Below, piece by piece: positions 19,730 to 29,802 of a stretch of 64,000 nucleotides of DNA (position 1 is the stretch's first letter; every line of letters begins with the position of its first letter). The notes beneath the pieces are model-generated. The model saw only the letters and a program-made list of their open reading frames with translations. It ran no database searches and was not told where the DNA came from. The stretch spans positions 25,192 to 89,191 of the forward strand of contig JBAWZC010000003.1 of assembly GCA_037143235.1 (NCBI GenBank), written 5' to 3'. Source of the stretch: Candidatus Berkelbacteria bacterium. Its GTDB lineage: Bacteria > Patescibacteriota > UBA1384 > XYA2-FULL-43-10 > 1-14-0-10-43-13. Made by a program: the position numbers and the translations under genes.

Positions 19730-20780
19730 TTTTCTTTCCAAAATTCTCATGCCAAGCTTTTCTAAAAGTCACTAGGATGCTGTAAGCAAAAGCATAAAAA
19801 GGGTCCTCAAGGTAGATTTTTAAAATTTTATGTTTTATTTGCTTATTTAAAAAGTAATTTTGAGAGGCTTGGATGATTCTTCGGATATAATCTCTTTTGA
19901 TAACCCTTAACACCCCTTTATCATAAGATTTTTTTTGTATGTTTTCAAACAGATCTCGAAGAATGCCTAATAGGAAAATTGCCTCTTCAGAACTTTTTGG
20001 TTCTGACTGATTACCCAAGCAAGATAAGGATTCATCTGGTGTCATTTTTGTTGTTGCTTCGTAAATTATCTCTTTGATAATAGAAAGAGACTTTTGATTA
20101 ACGGCTTTCCCATTAACTATCGATTCGTTTAGGCCATGTTTTCTAAGCATTAGCAACGGTTGCTTTAGATTATGTAACTTAGTTATTTTACTCATGCGAT
20201 ACCAAAGATCGTAGTCTTCTGACTGGTAAGCGTCCAGCGAATAATATTCTCCGCTCTTAGCTGTTGATAGTGCTTCCAACGCGTCTTTTCTCATCATTAC
20301 TGTTGGGTGCGCAAAGGGACAACCGAAATTCATATTCCAACGAATCATGCCATCTTGAACAGGCATTACCAGCGTTCCTTTTTTATTACCGTCCCCATCA
20401 ATTATTTTGATAGCGGTGCCAAGCACCCCGATTTCTAGGTTAGACTCCATATACTGTAGCTGATATGCCAACCGTGTAATATCTGAGACATCATCACAAT
20501 CCATTCGTGCAATGTATTTACCCTTAGATAAAGCAATACCTTTGTTCAGAGTTCTTATCAAGCGTAAATTATTAATATTTCTTATATAAACTATCCTTGA
20601 GTCAAGGTATGATTTTATGATTTGTTCACTGTTATCTGTTGATCCATCATTGATGATGATCAACTCAAAATCAATAAAAGTTTGATTTAGTATACTATTA
20701 ATAGATTCGGCTAGATATTTTTCACCATTATAAACAGGCATAAGAACAGTAACCATTTTTTTATATGATTTCGTGCTCAT
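19722..20780 (-). CDS. GT2 glycosyltransferase
   Basis: VLMPVYNGEKYL, INDGSTD, ARMDCDD, HPTVM, EDYDLW. Confidence 0.92.
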   Translation of the reverse strand: MSTKSYKKMVTVLMPVYNGEKYLAESINSILNQTFIDFELIIINDGSTDNSEQIIKSYLDSRIVYIRNINNLRLIRTLNKGIALSKGKYIARMDCDDVSDITRLAYQLQYMESNLEIGVLGTAIKIIDGDGNKKGTLVMPVQDGMIRWNMNFGCPFAHPTVMMRKDALEALSTAKSGEYYSLDAYQSEDYDLWYRMSKITKLHNLKQPLLMLRKHGLNESIVNGKAVNQKSLSIIKEIIYEATTKMTPDESLSCLGNQSEPKSSEEAIFLLGILRDLFENIQKKSYDKGVLRVIKRDYIRRIIQASQNYFLNKQIKHKILKIYLEDPFYAFAYSILVTFRKAWHENFGKKNE

Positions 20781-21634
20781 ATTCTTTTCCATTTTTTGGG
20801 TATCATGTCACTACTGTCCATCTTTGGATCGCGAAACCATTGCTTGGGCGCGATAACAATCTTATTGGGTTTGATGTTCAACCAAGCGCCCCACCAACTA
20901 AATGAACTATTAGCGATAATATTGTCTTCGCAACATGACATAAGCCTCAAATCTTCATAGCTTTTTTCAGGACCGTTTCCTTCAACGTATACCACGGTAT
21001 GATTAAATATTAAATTTTTTTTCACCCATGGCATATCATCAGAAAAAATGAACAATGTAAAATCCTTTGTTTTTTTCTCAATAATTTTCAGAGCGTTCTC
21101 GTAATAACTCGGCCCGCAAACACCATGGACACTATTCGCAGACCGGTCAGAGACATAGTCACCCCTGCGAACATGAAGGCTTACTGAATGACACTTTTGG
21201 ATCATATTTAAATACTTTCTGTTCAGCCGGTCTGGAGCCGATTTTGGCTTGTATTCTTCTCTGATAATTTCCGGGATATTTTCAAAATATTTCTCTGATT
21301 GCCAGTACCCAGCCAGGTATTTGTTGTCTGTGATTTTTAATATTTTAGGATCAAATTTAAGCGATTTGTCTAATATAATATTTCTGGAATAAACAGAAAA
21401 ATGAAACAAATCAAACAGTCGAAATAATTTAGAATTATATTTTTTTAAAACAGACCGATCAAGAATCTTCTCCTGAATATTATAATCATTCAAACAATAT
21501 TTGCGGGTTGCATATCTATCATATGCCGAAATATCAAGAACAAGCTCTGCCCCCAAATAGTTCGCTAGATTCCTTCCTAGCGCATACTGAAACATCTGAT
21601 TTCCAAGACCACCTATAATTTTGACAATAATCAT
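20777..21634 (-). CDS. GT11 alpha-1,2-fucosyltransferase
   Basis: GGLGNQMFQYA, GYWQSEKYF, HVRRGDY, FSDD, ANSSFSWWGAWL. Confidence 0.93.
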   Translation of the reverse strand: MIIVKIIGGLGNQMFQYALGRNLANYLGAELVLDISAYDRYATRKYCLNDYNIQEKILDRSVLKKYNSKLFRLFDLFHFSVYSRNIILDKSLKFDPKILKITDNKYLAGYWQSEKYFENIPEIIREEYKPKSAPDRLNRKYLNMIQKCHSVSLHVRRGDYVSDRSANSVHGVCGPSYYENALKIIEKKTKDFTLFIFSDDMPWVKKNLIFNHTVVYVEGNGPEKSYEDLRLMSCCEDNIIANSSFSWWGAWLNIKPNKIVIAPKQWFRDPKMDSSDMIPKKWKRI

Positions 21635-21640
21635 AAAATC

Positions 21641-23221
21641 CTAATTTAATGCCGAATTGTCACTTATTTTTTTAATCATATTTCTCGCCTTTTGCACTAT
21701 GGGGATCAATAGTCGTGGAGAAAAACCCATCAGGTTATCAAGAATCTCAACATCCTCGTAGCAAAATACTTTTAACCATACTAGCGCCCTAAACGATAAA
21801 AATAATAAGATTATCCCAGCTATCAATTTAATTATAACCAATTTAGTTATAACCGACAAAGCCACAAACAACAATGAGAAAATAACTGCCCAAGCTAGTA
21901 ACTTCCATACCTTCCTCCAGTCAATGTAATAGCGTGTAGACCTTAGGACATATGTTAATAATAAAGTTGTAGTAACAGCCTGACTAAGAAAGTTTGCGAC
22001 TCCTGCACCAATAGATGAATACTTTCTAATCAAGAAATAATCAAGAACAAGATTAAGTACCGCACCAAGTAATATAATCAGAATTGTCTTAGAAAATTTC
22101 TTGTTTTGGTTAGCAATTTTAATAAAAATTGGTGTAAAAATTACACCTATAATTGACGAATACAAGACCAATGGAAAGATTGACTGAATCTTGACAAAGC
22201 CGCTACCATATACTAGATTTACGGCGTTGCCGATAAAAAGAACCAGCAGGTTTGCGATTGGAATGAACAAGATAAGTCCATATTTAATCGCAAGGTAGCA
22301 CATTCTGTCCGATCTTTTTTCCTCAGTCTCTAGCACCTCGAATTGAGCGTTCTGCAGAGATTTTTGTAGCACACCAACAAAACTTGTAAATATAATTGCC
22401 ATAGTGTAGGCGAGAGAATAAAATCCAATCTCTGCTGAGGGAGAATATTTACCAAGGAATATCACTTCAGAATAAGACCAGAGCACAAACTGAACAAGAA
22501 CATTTATATATGCTAACCATGTATATTTCACAATTTCTTTGCGATCAACTACTGTTTCCGGAAACTCTTTATAGATAAGCAATGGCTTGACCTGAAAGAA
22601 AGCGTAACAGGCGACAGCAAAATTCGTCAGGATCGACGCCGCCAAAATATAGGCTATTCCTTTCGATAGGAAAATGACCGCAAGAATAAAGATAATGTTC
22701 AAAGTGCTGCCAACAATGTTGGCAATCGCGACTTTCTTAAAATTTTGGGTCGCACTCAAAAAATTTAATAAATGGGCAGAAAGGAAAGAAACAAGTGACC
22801 CCAAGATGGCAATCAGAAGCAATCGCCTGACATCTGGATCTGCAATGTTTACGACTCCAATCCAGTGGCTGAGTGTTAAACAGAGAATTGCGATTATCAG
22901 CACAGAAACAATCAATCGAAGATATGTTGCTGCTAAAAATATTTTGATTGCGATACTCTTTTTTTCTTCGTACCAAAAATATTTTGGTACATATTTATTT
23001 ATGGCCTGCCCTATCCCAAAATCAAGAACTATGGCAAGAATCGCCACCAGGCTTGTCATATATGCATACACACCGTACTTACTGGCCCCAAAATATCTTG
23101 TCAATATAATTGACACAACAAGACCCGTGATCCCAACGAATACAAAATTAAGAGAGCTCCAAAATGAGTTCTGCGTAACAATTGTTAGAAAATTCTTATT
23201 TGTATTTTTGTCGTTGATCAT
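21641..23221 (-). CDS. Wzx-type oligosaccharide flippase
   Basis: About 14 TM; LTRYFGASKYGVY, DFGI, IGFYSLA, LNLVLDYFLI. Confidence 0.88.
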   Translation of the reverse strand: MINDKNTNKNFLTIVTQNSFWSSLNFVFVGITGLVVSIILTRYFGASKYGVYAYMTSLVAILAIVLDFGIGQAINKYVPKYFWYEEKKSIAIKIFLAATYLRLIVSVLIIAILCLTLSHWIGVVNIADPDVRRLLLIAILGSLVSFLSAHLLNFLSATQNFKKVAIANIVGSTLNIIFILAVIFLSKGIAYILAASILTNFAVACYAFFQVKPLLIYKEFPETVVDRKEIVKYTWLAYINVLVQFVLWSYSEVIFLGKYSPSAEIGFYSLAYTMAIIFTSFVGVLQKSLQNAQFEVLETEEKRSDRMCYLAIKYGLILFIPIANLLVLFIGNAVNLVYGSGFVKIQSIFPLVLYSSIIGVIFTPIFIKIANQNKKFSKTILIILLGAVLNLVLDYFLIRKYSSIGAGVANFLSQAVTTTLLLTYVLRSTRYYIDWRKVWKLLAWAVIFSLLFVALSVITKLVIIKLIAGIILLFLSFRALVWLKVFCYEDVEILDNLMGFSPRLLIPIVQKARNMIKKISDNSALN

Positions 23222-23284
23222 TTCAAAAAGTAAAATCCAATTTTATCATTTGCAGCGACTCATCTTAGCCAGTGTTTTTGCAAT

Positions 23285-23595
23285 AACCAAAATGTGTTTT
23301 TCGATACCTTTATTCAGTTCAGTAGTAGAACGCCAACCAATTTTTGTCATCTTTGATGCACCTAGGAGCTTTTTGTCATGTCATTTGGTTTTGTTGCGTC
23401 AAAAACCGACTTTCGGGAGACACTTCGCTTTAGCATCATGCATTCGCCCCATGAGAGCAGGTATCACATGCAATGATTCTGGACTAAAGTTGTCATTTTC
23501 TCCGTATATATTTGTAGGCATGCACGAGATAAATGTTTGAATATACTGCTCATAAATTTTTCCACAGAGTTTCATCTCAGCAATCTTGGCCAGTA
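23285..23595 (-). pseudogene. fcl: Remnant of GDP-L-fucose synthase, 5'-truncated with internal deletion and frameshifts
   Basis: Manual translation: AKIAEMKLC...MPTNIYGENDNF...HVIPALMGRMHDAK, then in other frames FDATKP and KLLGASKMTKIGW; matches Fcl/WcaG motifs with the WGSG-REFLHVDD segment missing. Confidence 0.8.
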
Positions 23596-23753
23596 ATCCT
23601 CGTGGTCATCGCTTTTTTTTCCTCTTGACTCCTTCTGGATGAAATGAACTATACCTTTTATGTTTTTCAGGATTAAGAATATCATTTTAATTTGATTTAA
23701 TAAAGTCTAAATGATACTTTTAATATTAAACAACAATTAATGCAGGATTTAAC

Positions 23754-24740
23754 ATGAAAATTCTTGTCACAGGCGGTGCTGGGTACATCGGTTCGCACAC
23801 AGTAAAAGAGTTATTGAAAAAAGGACACGAGGTCATAATTTTTGATAGTCTTGAAAACGGTTTTCGAGATGCAGTAGTCGGAGGAAAGCTAATTGAGGGC
23901 GATCTTCGAAATAAAAAGGATATTGAGGACGTATTTGATAAACATAAGATTGAGGCTGTGATTCACTTTGCTGCATATGCTTCTGTCCCAGATTCAGTTG
24001 CAGACCCAGCTAAATATTTCGAGAACAATCTTTGTGGTGGACTTAATCTACTGAATGCAATGCTTAAGGCAAACGTGAAGAAGCTTGTGTTTTCATCGAC
24101 AGCAGCTGTGTACGGAGAACCAAAAGCAATTCCTATCAAAGAAGATGATCCGAAAGACCCAACTTCTCCTTATGGCTTGTCGAAACTTCAATTTGAACAA
24201 ATTTTGGAATGGTATGATCGGGCCTACGACTTCAGATACGTTGCAGTTCGCTATTTCTGTGCAGCTGGAGCAGATCCAGAAGGACAGATTGGCGAGAATC
24301 ACATGCCCGAGACACATGTTATCCCGATGGCAATTTACACCGCACTTGGGAAAAGAGAAGTATTCAAAATATATGGCGACGACTACAATACACCTGACGG
24401 TTCTGGTGTTCGTGACTTTATCCACGTCGTAGACTTAGCGAATATACATATTCGCGCCCTGCAGTACCTTAGAGAAGATGGAAAATCTGATGCATTCAAC
24501 TGTGGAATAAAAAAAGGTTATTCAGTTAGGCAAATTGTTAATAAGGTTGAGGAAATATCAGGGAAAAAAGTTAATACTACGATAGAACCGAGACGTGCTG
24601 GCGACCCAGCTACTCTTGTCGCCGATCCTTCTAAAATAATTGCAAAATTTGACTTCGAGCAAAAGTTTTCAGATCTCGACACAATAATAAAAACTTCTTG
24701 GAATTGGTTTGCTAAAAATCCTGATGGATACAAGGAATAA
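23754..24740 (+). CDS. galE: UDP-glucose 4-epimerase
   Basis: TGGAGYIGSH, HFAA, FSSTAAVYG, PYGLSK, TPDGSGVRDFIHV, RRAGDP. Confidence 0.95.
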   Translation: MKILVTGGAGYIGSHTVKELLKKGHEVIIFDSLENGFRDAVVGGKLIEGDLRNKKDIEDVFDKHKIEAVIHFAAYASVPDSVADPAKYFENNLCGGLNLLNAMLKANVKKLVFSSTAAVYGEPKAIPIKEDDPKDPTSPYGLSKLQFEQILEWYDRAYDFRYVAVRYFCAAGADPEGQIGENHMPETHVIPMAIYTALGKREVFKIYGDDYNTPDGSGVRDFIHVVDLANIHIRALQYLREDGKSDAFNCGIKKGYSVRQIVNKVEEISGKKVNTTIEPRRAGDPATLVADPSKIIAKFDFEQKFSDLDTIIKTSWNWFAKNPDGYKE

Positions 24741-24741
24741 T

Positions 24742-25449
24742 ATGAAAGCATTTGTGCTCGCAGCAGGTCTAGGCACTAGGCTCAAGCCTCTAACTGATAC
24801 AACACCAAAGCCTATGCTGAAGGTTGGAGACAAGCCGCTTCTCGAACATCAGCTACTTTGGCTAAGGTCGCATGGCGTGACTGAGATAATTATGAATCTC
24901 TTCTATTTTCCAGATCAAATCGAAGGCTACTTTGGAAATGGTGAAAGATTTGGTCTCAAAATTAGATACATTTTGGAAAAAGATTTATCTGGCACCGCTG
25001 GACCGATTACAAAAGCTCAAGATTTTTTCAACGAAAAGTTTTTTGTCATCTACGGAGACAATCTCACAAACATTAATCTCACTAAACTACTCGATTTTCA
25101 TGAATCAAAAAAAGGGATTGCAACAATTGCCCTTTACTACGAGAAACATCCCGAAAGCAAGGGCATCGTAGAATTAGACAAAAATGCGAGGGTAATTTCA
25201 TTTAAAGAAAAACCCCCTACAGACGAGATAACGAGCCACTGGGCAAACACTGGAATATATGTATGCAATCCAGAAATTATCCAGCATATACCTGAAGGAT
25301 TTTGCGACTTCGGTCGTGACTTATTTCCTGCCTTACTCACTCAGAATCTGCCTTTGTTCGGGTATAAAACTGATGATTTTTTATTAGACATCGGCACTCA
25401 CGAAAATTATGAAAAAGCCAAGAATGAAATTAAGAACATGGATTTTTAA
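24742..25449 (+). CDS. hddC: Sugar-1-phosphate nucleotidyltransferase, probable heptose-1-P guanylyltransferase
   Basis: LAAGLGTRLKPLT..PKPM, GTAG, YGDN, DIGT; start at ATG 24742; clustered with gmhB/gmhA/hddA. Confidence 0.75.
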   Translation: MKAFVLAAGLGTRLKPLTDTTPKPMLKVGDKPLLEHQLLWLRSHGVTEIIMNLFYFPDQIEGYFGNGERFGLKIRYILEKDLSGTAGPITKAQDFFNEKFFVIYGDNLTNINLTKLLDFHESKKGIATIALYYEKHPESKGIVELDKNARVISFKEKPPTDEITSHWANTGIYVCNPEIIQHIPEGFCDFGRDLFPALLTQNLPLFGYKTDDFLLDIGTHENYEKAKNEIKNMDF

Positions 25450-26003
25450 TGAAACCAGCAGTATTTTTAGACAGAGACGGCGTGATAAATTATAATGCAA
25501 ACCCCCATGATTATGTAAAAAAATGGGATGAATTTCGTTTTTACAAAAACGCAGTGAAGGCGTTGAAAGATCTCAGCAAACGCAATATATTTACCGTGCT
25601 TGTAACAAACCAAAGAGGTATCAGTAGAAATATAATGAGCCACGAGGATTTGTTGGACATTCACAAGAATATGCTCGAGGAATTGGGAAAAGTGAACGCC
25701 TCAATTTCTCAAATATATTATTGCTCTCATGGGCACGAAGACAACTGCAACTGCAGGAAGCCAATGCCAGGAATGTTTTTGCAAGCGGCGAAAGAGCATG
25801 AAATTATTCTCGAAAAATCATTCATGGTGGATGATGCTCGATCAGGAATTGAGGCCGGAAAAAGGGCTGGATGTAAAACAATTCTAGTTCTGACAGGCAA
25901 TGGCAGAGAAAATCTGAAAACTGTCGACGAATGGGAATTTAAACCAGACTATATTACAAAAGACCTATTGTCTGCCACCAAAATTATTTGTAAATATATA
26001 TAG
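25449..26003 (+). CDS. gmhB: D,D-heptose 1,7-bisphosphate phosphatase
   Basis: FLDRDGVIN, VTNQ, CSH...CNCRKP. Confidence 0.9.
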   Translation: MKPAVFLDRDGVINYNANPHDYVKKWDEFRFYKNAVKALKDLSKRNIFTVLVTNQRGISRNIMSHEDLLDIHKNMLEELGKVNASISQIYYCSHGHEDNCNCRKPMPGMFLQAAKEHEIILEKSFMVDDARSGIEAGKRAGCKTILVLTGNGRENLKTVDEWEFKPDYITKDLLSATKIICKYI

Positions 26004-26576
26004 CTATTTTAAATTTTCATAGAACCAGCGCGTAAGCATGTGCGTAACAATCATATGAAAGTCTTCGGCAACATCATATTTTTTAATCTCTGCGGTTATG
26101 CAGACCTTGCTTCTTTTTGCAAGCTCACCTCCATCGAAACCAGCGAGGCCGACAATCATTGCACCATGTTTTTCTGCGACATTGAGAGCGTTCAAAATAT
26201 TCTTTGAGTTTCCACTTGCACTGATTGCAAGCAATACATCTCCCTCTTGAACAAGATTCTCAAGCTGCTGCGAGAATATATCATCAAACGAGGTATCGTT
26301 TGCCCATGCGGTCATCGTCGCAACATTATCAGTCAAAGAGATGACTCGGAATCTCTTGATGTTTTTCTCGCCAGTATGCCCAAGAACACCCTTGCTCCAA
26401 TCGTTAGAAACATGAGAAGCAGTTGAAGCACTTCCGCCGTTACCGATTACAAAAATCGTGCGACCATCGTCTCTCGCAGTTAGTAAAATATCTCTTACTT
26501 CGGCAAGCTTGTCAGAATTGATAGAACCAAGACAGTAATTCAGTTCTGACAAATAGTCAGATAAAAATTCTTTCAT
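26004..26576 (-). CDS. gmhA: Sedoheptulose-7-phosphate isomerase (SIS)
   Basis: GNGGSASTASH, TAWAND, ISASGNSKN, EDFH. Confidence 0.88.
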   Translation of the reverse strand: MKEFLSDYLSELNYCLGSINSDKLAEVRDILLTARDDGRTIFVIGNGGSASTASHVSNDWSKGVLGHTGEKNIKRFRVISLTDNVATMTAWANDTSFDDIFSQQLENLVQEGDVLLAISASGNSKNILNALNVAEKHGAMIVGLAGFDGGELAKRSKVCITAEIKKYDVAEDFHMIVTHMLTRWFYENLK

Positions 26577-26592
26577 ACTTTTACCTCCAAAA

Positions 26593-27576
26593 TTAGTCGT
26601 GAATAAAGATTACTTTACTCCCCTGATAATCAAATTTCAAGTCAATCGGCCTTAGAATATTTAGTGAATGCTGAACCTGCGCATGTTTTTCCTTTGGCGC
26701 ATAGAACATGAGGAATCCACCACCGCCTGCTCCTAGAAGTTTTCCGCCTGTCGCACCAGCCTTAATTGCTAATTTATACCATTCGTCTATAGCTGGAGTA
26801 CTAACACCTGCCGCCATTTGTTTTTTTAAAATCCAGTTTTCGTTCAGAATTTCACCAAATGCACTCACATTGTTCTCTTGTAATTCATTCTTAAGCTCAA
26901 ACGCAAGCTTTACCATCTTGTCCATGATTAAGCCCTTGTTTTTGTCAGATTCAAGGTTTTTCTTCTGATCTGCTAATATATTTGAGGCGCTTCGAGTGAT
27001 TCCTGTGTAGAACATCAAAATATTGCTTTCTAACTCCTGAATAGTGTCTTTTTTACAAATGATTGGATCTACTGCCACCGAGCCATCAGGATTAAACTGA
27101 ATCAAGTTCAGTCCACCGTACGCTGCTGCATACTGGTCCTGCTTGCCTATCGGCTCTCCTAATATTTCAACCTCTATCTGACACGCTTCTTGTGCTAATT
27201 TTTCAGGAGAAGCGTATTCACCTTTGTATGCGTGAAGTGCTTGGAGCAAGCCTACTGTAAAAGAACTAGATGAACCGAGACCTGTCCCCTTCGATGGAAT
27301 ATCTGCCAACGAGGACACCTCCAGAGAATCAGTAATTTTCAGTAGTTTTAATATCTCTCTAGCCCGATCATGTTGTAAATCATCAATATTTTCGACTTTT
27401 TCGACTTGAGAATATTTAAGATTAATCCCTTTGTCAAAGTTCTTGTTCAAAGTAATAAAGATGTATTTATTAATAGTAGTACTTACTACGGCGCCAACCT
27501 TGTTTCCATAATAAGATTCAAGATCACTGCCACCACCAACGAAACTCATCCTGAACGGTGTCTTTGTAATTATCAT
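26593..27576 (-). CDS. hddA: D-glycero-alpha-D-manno-heptose-7-phosphate kinase (GHMP)
   Basis: TPFRMSFVGGGSD, GTGLGSSS, IGKQDQYAAAYGG, GKLLGAGGGGF. Confidence 0.88.
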   Translation of the reverse strand: MIITKTPFRMSFVGGGSDLESYYGNKVGAVVSTTINKYIFITLNKNFDKGINLKYSQVEKVENIDDLQHDRAREILKLLKITDSLEVSSLADIPSKGTGLGSSSSFTVGLLQALHAYKGEYASPEKLAQEACQIEVEILGEPIGKQDQYAAAYGGLNLIQFNPDGSVAVDPIICKKDTIQELESNILMFYTGITRSASNILADQKKNLESDKNKGLIMDKMVKLAFELKNELQENNVSAFGEILNENWILKKQMAAGVSTPAIDEWYKLAIKAGATGGKLLGAGGGGFLMFYAPKEKHAQVQHSLNILRPIDLKFDYQGSKVIFIHD

Positions 27577-27748
27577 TTCGCCTTTCAAAGAATAATTTAT
27601 ACTTACTTCGCAGATAATTTAAATACCAGGAATAGTCACGTGAGCGGTAATTATGACCAGCATGGGAAGGATATAACTACGACCATTATCGTAACAAAAG
27701 AGTGTTCAGAGAGTTGCAACTGCTTACCAATGATAAGAATAATATTTT

Positions 27749-28258
27749 TTACTGTTTCTCTCCTATTTTCTCACTGATCTTTGTTGATGAAATACCGCCC
27801 TTGATTTTCTCTGGTGGCAGACGGTGGCAGGTAATGAATTTGGTGCCGTACTGATCGCAAAGTTGTTTTTTTGCCTCCAGACTGGAGTCGGTCACTGGGA
27901 CTACATAAGCATTTGGTTTTAATAAATCCATCAAAATGTTGTGATCCATCTTCTCCCCGACTTCCTCAGAAAGAACGACATAATCAACCGTGTCTAGAGC
28001 TGCTACAAGCCGTGTACGGAGTTTTTCATTATTGATCGGTCGAGTTGGCCCTTTGAGATTACGGATTGTGGCATCATTGCCGACACTGACGAAAAGGATA
28101 TCCCCTTTTGATTTACAGTAGTTGAAGTGAATGACATGCCCAAGGTGAAGAATATCATAGCAGCCCGTCGTCAAAACAGTACTCTTCCCCTTAGACTTGA
28201 GTTGATCTCGAACTTTAGTGACTTCTGAATATTTGATGATTTTTTTGTCAGTTTTCAT
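27749..28258 (-). CDS. Cytidylyltransferase-like nucleotidyltransferase (RfaE domain II / HldC-like)
   Basis: TTGCYDILHLGH, LKGPTRPIN, ISSTKI. Confidence 0.85.
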   Translation of the reverse strand: MKTDKKIIKYSEVTKVRDQLKSKGKSTVLTTGCYDILHLGHVIHFNYCKSKGDILFVSVGNDATIRNLKGPTRPINNEKLRTRLVAALDTVDYVVLSEEVGEKMDHNILMDLLKPNAYVVPVTDSSLEAKKQLCDQYGTKFITCHRLPPEKIKGGISSTKISEKIGEKQ

Positions 28259-28372
28259 ATTTAAACAATTAAATAGCTACTAGTTGGTTCGAATTACAGC
28301 TGAATTGTACCAACAATAATGAATCAAGGCAACAACCGTGACACAAGCCCGTAAAATGGGTATATGGCCTAA

Positions 28373-29260
28373 CTAGAAAAACTTGATGCCATCGAGAAGT
28401 GTTGGTTTTGTCGCCCAAAAACCTTGTTTCTCCAGATCTGAAATTACTTGATCACGATCATCTTCGCTTTTGGCGAACATAATACCATAGCCACCCCCGC
28501 CAGCGCCACAGAGCATATGACCGACGGCACGATCTGGTGTAGGCACGTCTACATCCATCTCGAAATATGGTTTGATCAACTCGCTGAGCTTGACCCATGA
28601 TTCGAGGCAGAGATCGATCATTTCGTCAGCATCTCCAAGAAGAGCAGAATCGGCTCGATCAACTACAGTAGACAGATATTTAGAAAATTTCGGCTCGTAT
28701 TTGATCAACAATCTGACGATATCGCCAACATTGCCACTCCTGCGCCTGATATCGGTATCAAACAAAACTATTCGACTCATAACCGGGTGATCATCTCGTT
28801 GCTTGATACTGAAGTTTTCGTGATCTGTCGTCTTGATCAGTTTCAGTCCGGGGATTATCGCCCCGACCTGGTCTTGCCAACCACCCTTTGTGCCCTCATT
28901 CCACTCCCACTCAAGAGTATGACCGACAAAGTCACCGTCAGGTTTGGCAAGCAAATATTTGCCTCCCTCCAAGATAGAACTAATCCCTAGACCTGTCCCA
29001 ATACCAGGGATACGAGAAGAAACCCGATAGTTTTCTCCCTGTGCCAAAAGCATAAAAGGATAGCCGCCATCATAGCATCCTCCCCACCCAGCAGCAATAT
29101 TTATTACTGCCGCTGGCCCTTCCCAGAAAAGTTGGTCAGTCCAGCCACCGATCAGATTTATCCGTATCGGCAGTAGAGCACCTTTGGGATTAGCGATTTT
29201 ACCTTGGGTGGATACCCGCAAATTAGTTTTGAATTTTCTTGTTATTTCTGGCTTAATCAT
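28373..29260 (-). CDS. GHMP-family sugar kinase, L-fucokinase-like
   Basis: PIRINLIGGWTD, GTGLGISSIL, GGWQDQVG..PGLKL, GAGGGG; resembles the Fkp kinase domain rather than HddA. Confidence 0.65.
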   Translation of the reverse strand: MIKPEITRKFKTNLRVSTQGKIANPKGALLPIRINLIGGWTDQLFWEGPAAVINIAAGWGGCYDGGYPFMLLAQGENYRVSSRIPGIGTGLGISSILEGGKYLLAKPDGDFVGHTLEWEWNEGTKGGWQDQVGAIIPGLKLIKTTDHENFSIKQRDDHPVMSRIVLFDTDIRRRSGNVGDIVRLLIKYEPKFSKYLSTVVDRADSALLGDADEMIDLCLESWVKLSELIKPYFEMDVDVPTPDRAVGHMLCGAGGGGYGIMFAKSEDDRDQVISDLEKQGFWATKPTLLDGIKFF

Positions 29261-29300
29261 GATTACCTCATTTTTTCAAAGAAATTAATAATTCAGAACC

Positions 29301-29729
29301 CTATTTCTTGTATGTCCAAAACTTATTGGCGAAGAAATTCCAGATGATGGCGGCACCTGAGGCGATAATCAGGGAGACAATTTTACTCTGATCGAGATGA
29401 AAGCGATCGTAATCGAAAGCCAATGTGTTGATTGCCCAGCCGATGCCCGAAACAAGAACAAATTTGCCGAAAATGCCATATGCGGCTGATTTGTCACCAC
29501 CGGTCGCCTTGTCGTATTCGCCCTTGAAGGTCCAAATAGTATTGAATAAGTACGAATTTAACATCGCAACGATAAAAGATAGTGCTTTGGCGACTGTCTC
29601 TGACCCAGAGAGAATTGTATTAATCAGCAGATAGAAAAACAGCCAGTCGACCCCGGTGTTGGCCACACCGACCAGACCAAACTTCACAAACTGAAGAAGA
29701 GACGAAGCGTCATTTTTATATTTGTTCAT
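29301..29729 (-). CDS. GtrA family protein
   Basis: QFVKFGLVGVANTGVD, NSYLFNTIWTF, WNFFANKFWTY. Confidence 0.92.
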   Translation of the reverse strand: MNKYKNDASSLLQFVKFGLVGVANTGVDWLFFYLLINTILSGSETVAKALSFIVAMLNSYLFNTIWTFKGEYDKATGGDKSAAYGIFGKFVLVSGIGWAINTLAFDYDRFHLDQSKIVSLIIASGAAIIWNFFANKFWTYKK

Positions 29730-29747
29730 TTACCTATTTTCTCATTT

Positions 29748-29777
29748 ATTTAATTATTTTTCGAATTTATTTATTTT
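29748..29777. repeat. 30-bp direct repeat (second copy 30469-30498) bracketing the NYN gene
   Basis: atttaattatttttcgaatttat(t/c)tatttt, one mismatch. Confidence 0.8.
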
Positions 29778-29802
29778 CTCACACAGAATATTTAATCATT
29801 TT

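Noticed and set aside
22674-23540. 288-aa plus-strand ORF
   Set aside because: Antisense shadow of the flippase and fcl remnant
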